Origin: a virus
Length of the DNA stretch: 64,000 nucleotides
Reading direction: 5' to 3' (one strand)
IMG/VR virus record: IMGVR_UViG_3300033553_000372
Coordinates: 1 to 64,000 of that record
The position numbers and the translations under genes were made by a program. Shown here in pieces: positions 56,604-64,000 of the stretch (its first letter is position 1; the number at the start of each line of letters is the position of its first letter). The notes beneath the pieces are model-generated. The model was given only the letters and a program-made list of their open reading frames with translations, was not told the DNA's origin and ran no database searches.

Positions 56604-56772
56604 TGTTATATTCATATTAGAAGCTAAGCTTATTACTAATTGTGAGAAATGTTCTGCCCCAATGAAAGGAAACTACGACCCATCAAAATCTTTCTTAGTT
56701 TCATTTAAGTGTGTCGGTTGCTCTAATGAAAAAGAATTAGAGTTTGAGGTAAATAATGAGAAAACAATTTAA
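56590..56772 (+). CDS. Small Zn-ribbon protein
   Basis: CEKC...CVGC. Confidence 0.6.
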   Translation: MDSNNVIFILEAKLITNCEKCSAPMKGNYDPSKSFLVSFKCVGCSNEKELEFEVNNEKTI

Positions 56773-56974
56773 TCTAAAAGTTCCTAGATTCGATCCTTTT
56801 AAAAATGTTTTTATTGGTATAGATTCTATAACGAAAATCTGCACTAAATGTGGTAAAGATAAACCTCTATCTTATGAGACTTACTGTAAAGATAGCCAAA
56901 GAGAATATGGATTCAAATCTCAATGCAGACAGTGTGGTAAAGATTATTATAAAAACTATAAAGAGATCAAATGA
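56756..56974 (+). CDS. Zn-finger protein (HNH-associated treble-clef type)
   Basis: KICTKCGKDKPL...SQCRQC. Confidence 0.7.
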   Translation: MRKQFNLKVPRFDPFKNVFIGIDSITKICTKCGKDKPLSYETYCKDSQREYGFKSQCRQCGKDYYKNYKEIK

Positions 56975-56990
56975 ATTAAAAAGGAAGTGA

Positions 56991-57344
56991 GTGATGGATG
57001 TTTACTATAAAGAATCCACAATTAGTGGTGTTGAATACGTAACTAAACAAGACATGGAAAATGAATGTATTCATAGAGAAAAAGAAATCCAAAAACTAAA
57101 AGAAGAAGTTAATTTTGATGGATTTAAAAACTTGAAATCCGCAAATGAAAATATCAAAAAAGAGAACGATTCTTTATTTTCTAAAAATGTCATACTCAAA
57201 GAGCAGTTAAAAAGAGAAAGGGAATGCGTGGATGAGGCAATTTTCAATATAGAAAGAATGCTTGAAAGCGATGAAGTGATAATTCATAGCAATGCCCAAG
57301 ATTTTTTACTTAGGGTCAAGTTAACCCAACAGCAAAGGAAGTGA
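56991..57344 (+). CDS. Hypothetical coiled-coil protein
   Basis: 117-aa ORF. Confidence 0.6.
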   Translation: MMDVYYKESTISGVEYVTKQDMENECIHREKEIQKLKEEVNFDGFKNLKSANENIKKENDSLFSKNVILKEQLKRERECVDEAIFNIERMLESDEVIIHSNAQDFLLRVKLTQQQRK

Positions 57345-57347
57345 GAG

Positions 57348-57479
57348 ATGCAAGCCAGTAAAGCAAGTGGTTTAAAATTTAAACTATTCAAATATAAAAT
57401 TAGAATCTGGAAATATGGATGGGAATATTCTGACGGAATGGTCGGGAGAGTTTTCTTTTTCCCGTGGAGGATTAAATGA
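57348..57479 (+). CDS. Small aromatic-rich hypothetical protein (43 aa)
   Basis: MQASKASGLKFKLFKYKIRIWKYGWEYS...PWRIK*, ATGA-coupled to the next gene. Confidence 0.5.
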   Translation: MQASKASGLKFKLFKYKIRIWKYGWEYSDGMVGRVFFFPWRIK

Positions 57480-57856
57480 AAACAAAAATCAAATGTGGTG
57501 ATAATATTTTATTTAGAGAACTAGAAGGAGAAGTAGTTCAATTCATAAGCCATTATCCAAAATGTAATCTAAGAAAATGTAAAACCTTTAGAATAAACTT
57601 TTACATAGATGATATTGATCTAGAATTTAAAGTAACAAAGAATGGATATAAAATCATTACCTCTAATTCTCCTAAATGGTTAATCAATTCAACTTATAAA
57701 CCAAAAGAGTTCCATATTCTTTTTAGACCCGGCAACGGTATGAAAGATTATCTCAACTATAAAGAAATCAAAGACTATTTAAGCTCAATACAAGACTGGA
57801 AAAATCCAGGACTAATAAGAGCTAAAGCTACTATATTATTAAGAAAATACAAATGA
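57476..57856 (+). CDS. Hypothetical protein
   Basis: GGAGG SD. Confidence 0.7.
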   Translation: MKTKIKCGDNILFRELEGEVVQFISHYPKCNLRKCKTFRINFYIDDIDLEFKVTKNGYKIITSNSPKWLINSTYKPKEFHILFRPGNGMKDYLNYKEIKDYLSSIQDWKNPGLIRAKATILLRKYK

Positions 57857-57972
57857 GTATCAAACTATCCATAAGCAAATATTTCAGACACAAATTAGAA
57901 TATAATCATTCAAAAAGCTTCAAGTATATCCAAATAGGTTGGCTTTATTTATATATAACAATAGAGTGGTAA
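57853..57972 (+). CDS. Small hypothetical protein (39 aa)
   Basis: ATGA-coupled; MSIKLSISKYFRHK...IGWLLLYITIEW*. Confidence 0.45.
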   Translation: MSIKLSISKYFRHKLEYNHSKSFKYIQIGWLYLYITIEW

Positions 57973-58218
57973 ATCCAATATAATAAATATTCCCATAATG
58001 GAAGCTTTTCTCTAATATCCCACAATATTATTTCATTTAAATGTTCCTCATCTATTGAATAAAATAAATCATAATGAACAACTAAATTAACGACTGCACA
58101 AATTCATCAAAAATATCACATGTATTATTAATAACTTATAAATTTAAATGAACTAATAGACTAGAATACAAATAGATCGCTTAAATCCAATAGACTCATT
58201 AAGACCAAATATAATCCA

Positions 58219-58268
58219 AATAGGCCCAAAAATTAAAACCTTTAATCTAATAGGCCCAAAAATTAAAA
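58219..58268. repeat. Direct repeat AATAGGCCCAAAAATTAAAA x2 (30-bp period)
   Basis: Copies at 58219-58238 and 58249-58268 in a non-coding gap. Confidence 0.9.
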
Positions 58269-58336
58269 AGTCCTATATCAGGACATATGAGCCCTCGAAT
58301 TAAAAGCATTTTCTCTAAATCAAGTAATAAACAAAT

Positions 58337-58777
58337 ATGCCAAATCAATATACGAATAAACCTGGATTAACGGTCAAACAAATTAATGAAGCATATTATT
58401 ATTATTCATTTGGTAGAATGAGCTGTAAAGATGTGGCCATAAAATTTGGGGTATCGAGAGGATCAATATTTAATTATTTCAAACGCTTAGGTCTCAAAAC
58501 TAGACCTCTCAAATATAAACTAAAAGATAATCCATTCATTGAGTATAAAGGAATGAAATACTATAAAGATAATTATGGATCATATCGTGCTTCAACTAAA
58601 GCAAGAATACCTTTACATAAGGCTATCTGGATTGATAATCACGGTCCCTTACAAGGACGAGAAATTGTTTCCTTTATAGACGGTGATAAGAACAATATAG
58701 TATTAGAGAACTTATTTATAACGACACGTATGGCCTTGATGGATAAGGCACATAAAACCAAAGGTAAAAAAGAATGA
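58337..58777 (+). CDS. HTH + HNH-type endonuclease (possibly degenerate)
   Basis: DVAIKFGVSRGSI HTH; LHKAIW...VSFIDGDKNN...ENL HNH pattern lacking the His. Confidence 0.7.
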   Translation: MPNQYTNKPGLTVKQINEAYYYYSFGRMSCKDVAIKFGVSRGSIFNYFKRLGLKTRPLKYKLKDNPFIEYKGMKYYKDNYGSYRASTKARIPLHKAIWIDNHGPLQGREIVSFIDGDKNNIVLENLFITTRMALMDKAHKTKGKKE

Positions 58778-59067
58778 AAATGCTTTATTTAATTAGCCAA
58801 AATGATAATAATCATTATGATACGTATGATTCTGCTATTGTTTGTGCTGAATCTGAAGAGCAAGCAAGAACAATATCACCATCTTCTTTTTATGTTTGGG
58901 ATGAAAGTATTAAAAGTTGGTGCTTTCATTTTAATAATGGACTAATGAAACTTGAAATAATGAACTCATGGGTTGATGATTTAAGCTTAATTACAGTTAA
59001 GTGCATCGGAAAAGCAGATAAGTCGGTAGATATTGGTGTGGTCTGTGCTTCATATAACGCAGGATAA
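58774..59067 (+). CDS. Hypothetical phage protein
   Basis: YDTYDSAIVCAESEEQAR...GVVCASYNAG. Confidence 0.7.
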   Translation: MKMLYLISQNDNNHYDTYDSAIVCAESEEQARTISPSSFYVWDESIKSWCFHFNNGLMKLEIMNSWVDDLSLITVKCIGKADKSVDIGVVCASYNAG

Positions 59068-59129
59068 CAATAACTTATAAACTAAAGTGTCACCGCTGGC
59101 TAGGTAGAAATAGAATTTAAGGATAAAAT

Positions 59130-59501
59130 GTGACCAGAATTAATCTAATTGACCCATCTGAATTGAATACTAAACATCTTGTAGCAGAATATAGAGAGAT
59201 TACTAGATTGCCGGGTAATTTAAAACAATCGCTCAATAGAATATCAAAACCTTTTTCTCTAATTGAGATACCTCAACAATATGTATTAGGACCCGGCCAT
59301 GTTAAGTTCTTCTACAATAAGATGAGATTCTTAGAGAAAAGATTTATTGCTTTAGTTAATGAGATGCTTAATCGCGGATATAAGCCAACTCATACTGATC
59401 CATCTATCTTTCAAGTTGATGATATGTTCTATAAAGACTACGAACCAGATGAAGTATCTATTGCTTTAAATAAACAAAGAATCAAAGAGAGAACTAAATG
59501 A
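59130..59501 (+). CDS. denV: Pyrimidine-dimer DNA glycosylase/endonuclease V
   Basis: MTRINL....L...HL.AEYRE..R, IP..Y.LG.GHVKFFYNK, EM..RG. Confidence 0.93.
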   Translation: MTRINLIDPSELNTKHLVAEYREITRLPGNLKQSLNRISKPFSLIEIPQQYVLGPGHVKFFYNKMRFLEKRFIALVNEMLNRGYKPTHTDPSIFQVDDMFYKDYEPDEVSIALNKQRIKERTK

Positions 59502-59707
59502 CATTAGATGAAATTGTTAAACATTATCTTTTTGAATATAAAGGCAAAAGATACTGTGTTCAACGAACCGTTAAGATCAAGAGTCCAGTTCCAAGTCGTT
59601 GGTTTGATGGTATCTTATATAGACCAGAATATGATGGTGAAGTTGATTCAACTCAATTTTATGTGAGACCATATCAAGACTTTATTGAAAAGTTTAAACC
59701 AGTATGA
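59498..59707 (+). CDS. Small hypothetical protein (DUF1653-like pattern)
   Basis: W..GILY...YVRP..DF..KF. Confidence 0.55.
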   Translation: MTLDEIVKHYLFEYKGKRYCVQRTVKIKSPVPSRWFDGILYRPEYDGEVDSTQFYVRPYQDFIEKFKPV

Positions 59708-59802
59708 AAATCGCAATCATCATTTTATCATTTATAGCCTTACATCTCATTATGAGTATCTATAAAGATAAGATTATAGCAGAAATAAAGAGACACAAAT
59801 GA
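59704..59802 (+). CDS. Small membrane peptide (32 aa)
   Basis: ATGA-coupled on both sides; hydrophobic N-terminus. Confidence 0.45.
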   Translation: MKIAIIILSFIALHLIMSIYKDKIIAEIKRHK

Positions 59803-59942
59803 GAGCACAAATAACTGGATTCAATAATCTTAAATTAAAACATATTGCAAGATTAACAATTCTTCTAAGACTTAAAGGCTATAAGTATAATGTTACAAAG
59901 CAACCAATTAATGGTTATCAAATAACATGGAGTAAAAAGTAA
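59799..59942 (+). CDS. Small basic hypothetical protein (47 aa)
   Basis: Coupled by ATGA and TAATG overlaps. Confidence 0.5.
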   Translation: MRAQITGFNNLKLKHIARLTILLRLKGYKYNVTKQPINGYQITWSKK

Positions 59943-60142
59943 TGGGACACATGATCTATCCAAAAGAGAAGTTGACAGCAGTAAAATTTGATGAATTCAA
60001 AGGCTCACGTATCTTTGGCATCTGGGAAGTAGATGAGGATAATAATAATCTTGGTGATAGACCTTTAGTTTCGTTTGGTAAAGGCAAAGCAAAAGCTATA
60101 GTAAAACACATAGAAGAATTGCAAGAGTTTATCGACGAATAG
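59942..60142 (+). CDS. Small hypothetical protein (possible PC4-like fold)
   Basis: EFKG..IF.IW...SFG..KAKAI..H.EEL..F. Confidence 0.6.
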   Translation: MGHMIYPKEKLTAVKFDEFKGSRIFGIWEVDEDNNNLGDRPLVSFGKGKAKAIVKHIEELQEFIDE

Positions 60143-60150
60143 GAGTTATT

Positions 60151-60870
60151 ATGATAGTTGATTTTTTTAAGGCAGCAGTACAAGATAGAAAGCCCACAGT
60201 TAAAACTAATCAGTTAAAATGTGGACCATTTCTACAAGATGAGTTAGTTTTATTAGTTACTAGAATTAAAAATGATTACCACATTATAGACTTTCATGCA
60301 TCACGGCCAGACAAAAGTGGCCAATGTAAAACTTTATATGGTGAGTTTGAATGGAAGAAAGGTTTTCCTTATATCGATGTTGGACACAAACAGCCTCTTG
60401 AAGTAGTAGAAATCGTTAAGTATAGCAACCAACAACAAAGAAATGAATTCATCAAACAGATTCAACAAAAGTATGGTGATAAAATGTTTGGTTATATTGA
60501 GCCAAATGCTGAAGTGAAAGAATTAACTGCTCCTTCGCCTATCAAATTAGACTTTTGTGAGAAGAATGCTGAACCAGCTTTTAGACCAGAGTATTCAAAT
60601 GATCATCATATCCATATTATCTTAGGTGGATACTTAGATCGTAATCATCGACTATTGGATACAAAAGAACTTCATAAGAGAATTAGAGCAAAAGATGAAG
60701 AAATAGCTGCGCTAAAAAATATTATTTTAAATCAAAATGATGAAGGAGCCAAACAATCAGCAAGAGATGTTTGGTACACTAAGTTCCATGATATAGTTAA
60801 AGAAGAACATCTGTCTCCTTTACAATATAAGAAAATAAATGAATTCATGTTTAGTGAGTATGATAGATAA
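60151..60870 (+). CDS. Hypothetical protein
   Basis: AGGAG SD, 239 aa. Confidence 0.7.
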   Translation: MIVDFFKAAVQDRKPTVKTNQLKCGPFLQDELVLLVTRIKNDYHIIDFHASRPDKSGQCKTLYGEFEWKKGFPYIDVGHKQPLEVVEIVKYSNQQQRNEFIKQIQQKYGDKMFGYIEPNAEVKELTAPSPIKLDFCEKNAEPAFRPEYSNDHHIHIILGGYLDRNHRLLDTKELHKRIRAKDEEIAALKNIILNQNDEGAKQSARDVWYTKFHDIVKEEHLSPLQYKKINEFMFSEYDR

Positions 60871-60882
60871 AATTGTAAAGAT
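60871..60882 (+). promoter_or_regulatory. Candidate late-promoter motif AATTGTAAAGAT
   Basis: Identical to 21961-21972; upstream of the endolysin-containing unit. Confidence 0.4.
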
Positions 60883-60912
60883 GAAACATTAACCCTAAAT
60901 AGGAGATTCAAC

Positions 60913-61200
60913 ATGGGAAAAGTATACGTAACTGTAGATGGAAAGAAAAAAGCTTTTGATACAATGGAAGAAGCTAAAGCATTTCAAGATGGTTTACCAG
61001 TAGAGTTTAAGAAACAATCGGTAGTAACAGAATCAAAAGAAGAAACACTTTCTTCTAATGCTGAAACTAAAGTCTTTCCAATTGATTTATCAGATGTGAA
61101 GATCGATAAAGAAGGCAAAGAGCAAGAAGTTCTACCAACTGAAGAAGCAACTCAAGAAGAAGTTGAAGCTATGGCTGAAACTGACGCTGAACTAAATTAA
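60913..61200 (+). CDS. Acidic hypothetical protein
   Basis: AGGAG SD, Glu-rich. Confidence 0.75.
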   Translation: MGKVYVTVDGKKKAFDTMEEAKAFQDGLPVEFKKQSVVTESKEETLSSNAETKVFPIDLSDVKIDKEGKEQEVLPTEEATQEEVEAMAETDAELN

Positions 61201-61280
61201 TTTTATTGCGGTGTGGGTAGACCTCTATGGCTCTGGAAACCCTTAATGTTAACTGTGCTCATAACAGCCGCTTATTTTAT

Positions 61281-61604
61281 ATGGAAAAGAAATTCTGTTG
61301 CTCTAAATTCAATGATGTTAAAGACGCTTTTACTTGGAAGATCATTCCAAATCATGAACAATATGTAATCAATCAATATGGCGACATCTTTAATAGATTA
61401 TCTGGTCTCAATATTAGAATGGCTGTTAATGTAAAAAGTTCTAACTTTGTTCCATTAATAAACAACATCGGTAAATTATCCAACATTTCTGTAAAAAAAC
61501 AAGTTCGTGATCTATTCGATATAGGCTATCTTAAGCAAGATGAAATACGAAATGAAAAGTTATCTACATTTTACTTAGCTCAATATTTAAAATCTAATGT
61601 ATAG
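61281..61604 (+). CDS. NUMOD4-like domain protein lacking a nuclease domain
   Basis: WKIIPNHEQYVINQYGDIF pattern; start uncertain (61227 or 61281). Confidence 0.5.
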   Translation: MEKKFCCSKFNDVKDAFTWKIIPNHEQYVINQYGDIFNRLSGLNIRMAVNVKSSNFVPLINNIGKLSNISVKKQVRDLFDIGYLKQDEIRNEKLSTFYLAQYLKSNV

Positions 61605-61630
61605 AATTCGCAAACAAATGGAGATTAACT

Positions 61631-62830
61631 ATGAACCTATTTAAAATGTTTCTTTCATTATTTAAAAAGAAAAGCGCTACACCAATAACTCATGTTTCAC
61701 CAACAGTATCAACACCTAAACAACAAGCAGTTGAGGAAGAAATAGACTCTGTTGTTTCAAACTTCATTTCAAATTGTCCAAACTTATTGGCTCATAATTC
61801 AAATGTATTTTTTTGGCAATGTCAAATTAAAGCAATTGTTTCTCCTGAGTCTGGATTTAATCCATATTCAAGATATGTTGAAACAGGATTATCAAAGGAC
61901 GCTGTAACTGGAAAACAAAATGCTTCAGAAGGCTTAATGCAATTATCTTATCAAGATGCAAAATATCATGGTGCCAACTTTGATTGGAATAAAGATAAGT
62001 CATTATCAGACACAGATATTGGAAAGTCAATCTTCAATATAAAGAATAATATTGAAGCCGGAATGATGATCTTAGATAAGCAATTAAAGTTGAAAGGAAC
62101 CATCATTACAAAAGGTTCACCTTATTATTGGGCTGTACTTGATACGTCGAGACCAGGTCATCCTAAATACTTAGCTGAGTTAAATAAATATTTAGCATTA
62201 AAACCTACACCTATAGAAATAAAACCTATTGAGACAAAACCAGTAATCACTGAAACAGTAAAGCCTTTGCCGACTGTATTAACTAAAAAAATGAAGATAG
62301 CTATTATTGAAGGTCATGGAGATAAAAGCTCAAAAGGAATTGATACCGGATCTGTTCAATGGAACGGCATGACTGAATTAGCATATACACGCGAATGTAC
62401 GGTTTTAATTAATCTTAGAAAAGATGAGTTCAAACATGAAGTGAAAACGTTCACACAGTTTCCTACAGTTGGAGACGCTGCCCATCAAGTTTTAGCATGG
62501 AAACCAGACATGAGTATGGAGCTACATACGAATGCATATAATGGAAAAGCAAAAGGTTGTCAGTGTAACGTTCTCTCTAATGATCCGGCTTCATTAAAAG
62601 TAGGTCGTAAGTTTTCAGAAATGTTCTGTAAGAAATTCAATAGAGTTTTAAGAGATGGCGATGGTGTTCTTGAAGCTGGAAGAAATGAAAGAGGTGTTTA
62701 TAACTTAGCTGTAGTTGAAGCATTACCAGTTTCAATTTTATGTGAGCCATTCTTTGGTGATAATAAAGCTGAGTGGATTAGTCCAGACGTTTATGTTTCA
62801 TTCTTAATTGAATTTGTTAATTCATTATAG
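61631..62830 (+). CDS. Endolysin: SLT-like transglycosylase + N-acetylmuramoyl-L-alanine amidase (Amidase_3)
   Basis: ESGF...GLMQLS...NIEAG; P/T-rich linker; IAIIEGHG, TEL, ELHTNA, LCEPFF.DN. Confidence 0.88.
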   Translation: MNLFKMFLSLFKKKSATPITHVSPTVSTPKQQAVEEEIDSVVSNFISNCPNLLAHNSNVFFWQCQIKAIVSPESGFNPYSRYVETGLSKDAVTGKQNASEGLMQLSYQDAKYHGANFDWNKDKSLSDTDIGKSIFNIKNNIEAGMMILDKQLKLKGTIITKGSPYYWAVLDTSRPGHPKYLAELNKYLALKPTPIEIKPIETKPVITETVKPLPTVLTKKMKIAIIEGHGDKSSKGIDTGSVQWNGMTELAYTRECTVLINLRKDEFKHEVKTFTQFPTVGDAAHQVLAWKPDMSMELHTNAYNGKAKGCQCNVLSNDPASLKVGRKFSEMFCKKFNRVLRDGDGVLEAGRNERGVYNLAVVEALPVSILCEPFFGDNKAEWISPDVYVSFLIEFVNSL

Positions 62831-62835
62831 TCTCA

Positions 62836-63066
62836 TTACTGAATATATGGTAGAATAGGACAACCAACATCTATCATATATTCAGTATTTTTTATAAGCT
62901 CAGTTTTTGTAAAAACAAAGCTTCTCGTTTTAAAGGTCGTTTCAATCTCATATTGAGCAATATTTCTAGCTTCTTCTTTTGATCTAGCACTAACAATTAA
63001 TTCACGTTCAACTTTAACATTAAATTTATATTTGACTTTATAATGTGAGACTTTTATTAAGTTCAT
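62836..63066 (-). CDS. Hypothetical protein
   Basis: VSARSKEEARNIA motif; convergent with the endolysin. Confidence 0.55.
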   Translation of the reverse strand: MNLIKVSHYKVKYKFNVKVERELIVSARSKEEARNIAQYEIETTFKTRSFVFTKTELIKNTEYMIDVGCPILPYIQ

Positions 63067-63189
63067 AATGGGTACAGTAACATAAGTTTAATAAAAATGA
63101 ACTCATATTGGTATTAAATATATATAAATTATATTTACTTACAGATATCAATCACTTAGTGACTCTATATTAATTAATGAGTATACTGT

Positions 63190-63262
63190 AAATTAATGTT
63201 TACATGTATGATTACATGTGTTATAATGAATTAACAGCAACAAAACAAAAGGTTGATTATGA
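63190..63262 (+). promoter_or_regulatory. Early sigma70-type promoter plus leader, copy 2
   Basis: TTTACA(63199)-17 nt-TATAAT(63222); 41 nt from the -10 through ATGA identical to copy 1. Confidence 0.88.
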
Positions 63263-63408
63263 GAGCATTTCTTTATATGAATCAAGTTAATAAAAAAGAA
63301 CTAATAGAACTACACAGACAAGCTAAATTAAATGGTAGAACTTTAAATTGGATGATTGCAAATGTTCCAATGTCAGTAAGAAACTTTATTAAAACAATAA
63401 GAGGTTAA
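63259..63408 (+). CDS. Small early protein (49 aa, below cutoff)
   Basis: ATG of the duplicated leader; MRAFLYMNQVNKKELIELHRQAKLNGRTLNWMIANVPMSVRNFIKTIRG*. Confidence 0.7.
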   Translation: MRAFLYMNQVNKKELIELHRQAKLNGRTLNWMIANVPMSVRNFIKTIRG

Positions 63409-63409
63409 T

Positions 63410-63655
63410 ATGATCACATTAAAAAAAGGATACTATGGCTCAAATGTTCAACACTATGGAGCTTATGTAGAAAAAATAGAAGTGATCGTTTCATCAAGCA
63501 ATGGCGATACACCAAAAGAAGGCTATGAATATACTGTTGGATTTTATACAGAAGAAGGACAAGTTTGCATAGACCAATTTACAGTAGAAAATTTCTCAGT
63601 TGAATCGGCTCAAATTAAAGCTCAAGAACTTTATAACTTTTTACTTAACGCTTAA
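63410..63655 (+). CDS. Hypothetical protein
   Basis: GAGG SD, 81 aa. Confidence 0.7.
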   Translation: MITLKKGYYGSNVQHYGAYVEKIEVIVSSSNGDTPKEGYEYTVGFYTEEGQVCIDQFTVENFSVESAQIKAQELYNFLLNA

Positions 63656-63668
63656 TAAAGGAGAATTT

Positions 63669-64000
63669 ATGAAAAACGTAATTATACTTTTATCATTAGT
63701 CTTATTAGCATCATGTAAAGGAAGTGGAGGCTCAACTGCAGCGAGCTCAATTGCTTCTAACACTCCAAATAACTTTACGACAATATCGAGAACAGACAAT
63801 GTAGTACAAAATGTTGTTTATGATATAACAAATGGTGGTTCATCGTATTACTCATCAACAAATAATTTAGCAGATAATGATGTGTTTACAATTCCATCAG
63901 TTGTTACTTTAACTTCTGATTCAATTGGAGCAATTCAATCAGACGATTATGTTGAGCTACAAATAGTGAATAGAATTAGATGTAACTACGCAAAGAGTGG
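63669..64000 (+). CDS. Putative lipoprotein, truncated by the window end
   Basis: AAGGAG SD; MKNVIILLSLVLLAS-C lipobox followed by a G/S linker. Confidence 0.75.
   Translation, partial: MKNVIILLSLVLLASCKGSGGSTAASSIASNTPNNFTTISRTDNVVQNVVYDITNGGSSYYSSTNNLADNDVFTIPSVVTLTSDSIGAIQSDDYVELQIVNRIRCNYAKS

Noticed and set aside
58219-58268. Possible mini-CRISPR array
   Set aside because: Only two 20-bp repeats with a 10-bp spacer, non-palindromic, and no cas genes.
61208-61271. tRNA or hammerhead/twister ribozyme
   Set aside because: No TTCRA T-loop, cloverleaf or ribozyme core consensus; kept only as an unknown structure. No tRNA genes were recognised anywhere in the window.
1-64000. Stop-codon reassignment
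   Set aside because: The standard code gives dense, full-length genes, and TAA, TAG and TGA all terminate genes.

Overview
This 64 kb window is part of an AT-rich (roughly 30% GC by eye) tailed dsDNA bacteriophage genome, probably a large siphovirus of a diderm host. It uses the standard genetic code and almost all genes lie on the + strand. Four regions can be read. (1) 1-27.6 kb, virion module: putative decoration proteins, neck, tail tube, tail chaperone with a -1 frameshift, tape measure, a free-standing GIY-YIG gene, modular fibres, holin, tail hub and three tail-collar paralogues. (2) 27.6-47 kb, replication and recombination: SF2 helicase, DnaB-like helicase, primase, sigma-like factor, dCTPase/dUTPase, dNMP kinase, thymidylate-synthase homologue, intein-containing DnaE, SSB, UvsY/RecA, fused SbcD-SbcC and RuvC. 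(3) 48-51.5 kb: a second sigma-like factor and the terminase. (4) 51.5-64 kb: many small early/accessory genes, including DenV, an SLT and an SLT+amidase endolysin. The best candidate system is a pre-replicative cytosine-substitution pathway coupled to a family-C (DnaE) polymerase: the TS homologue carries the dCMP-specifying Asp and sits beside a dCTPase-family gene and a kinase. Other notable observations are a three-fold nested ('matryoshka') domain in a virion protein, three coupled collar/HxH paralogues that may form a heterotrimer, a duplicated early promoter-leader cassette with IHF-like boxes, a candidate late-promoter motif, and an AUU-initiated gene with a sequestered SD. All calls come from motif recognition by eye; no database searches were run.
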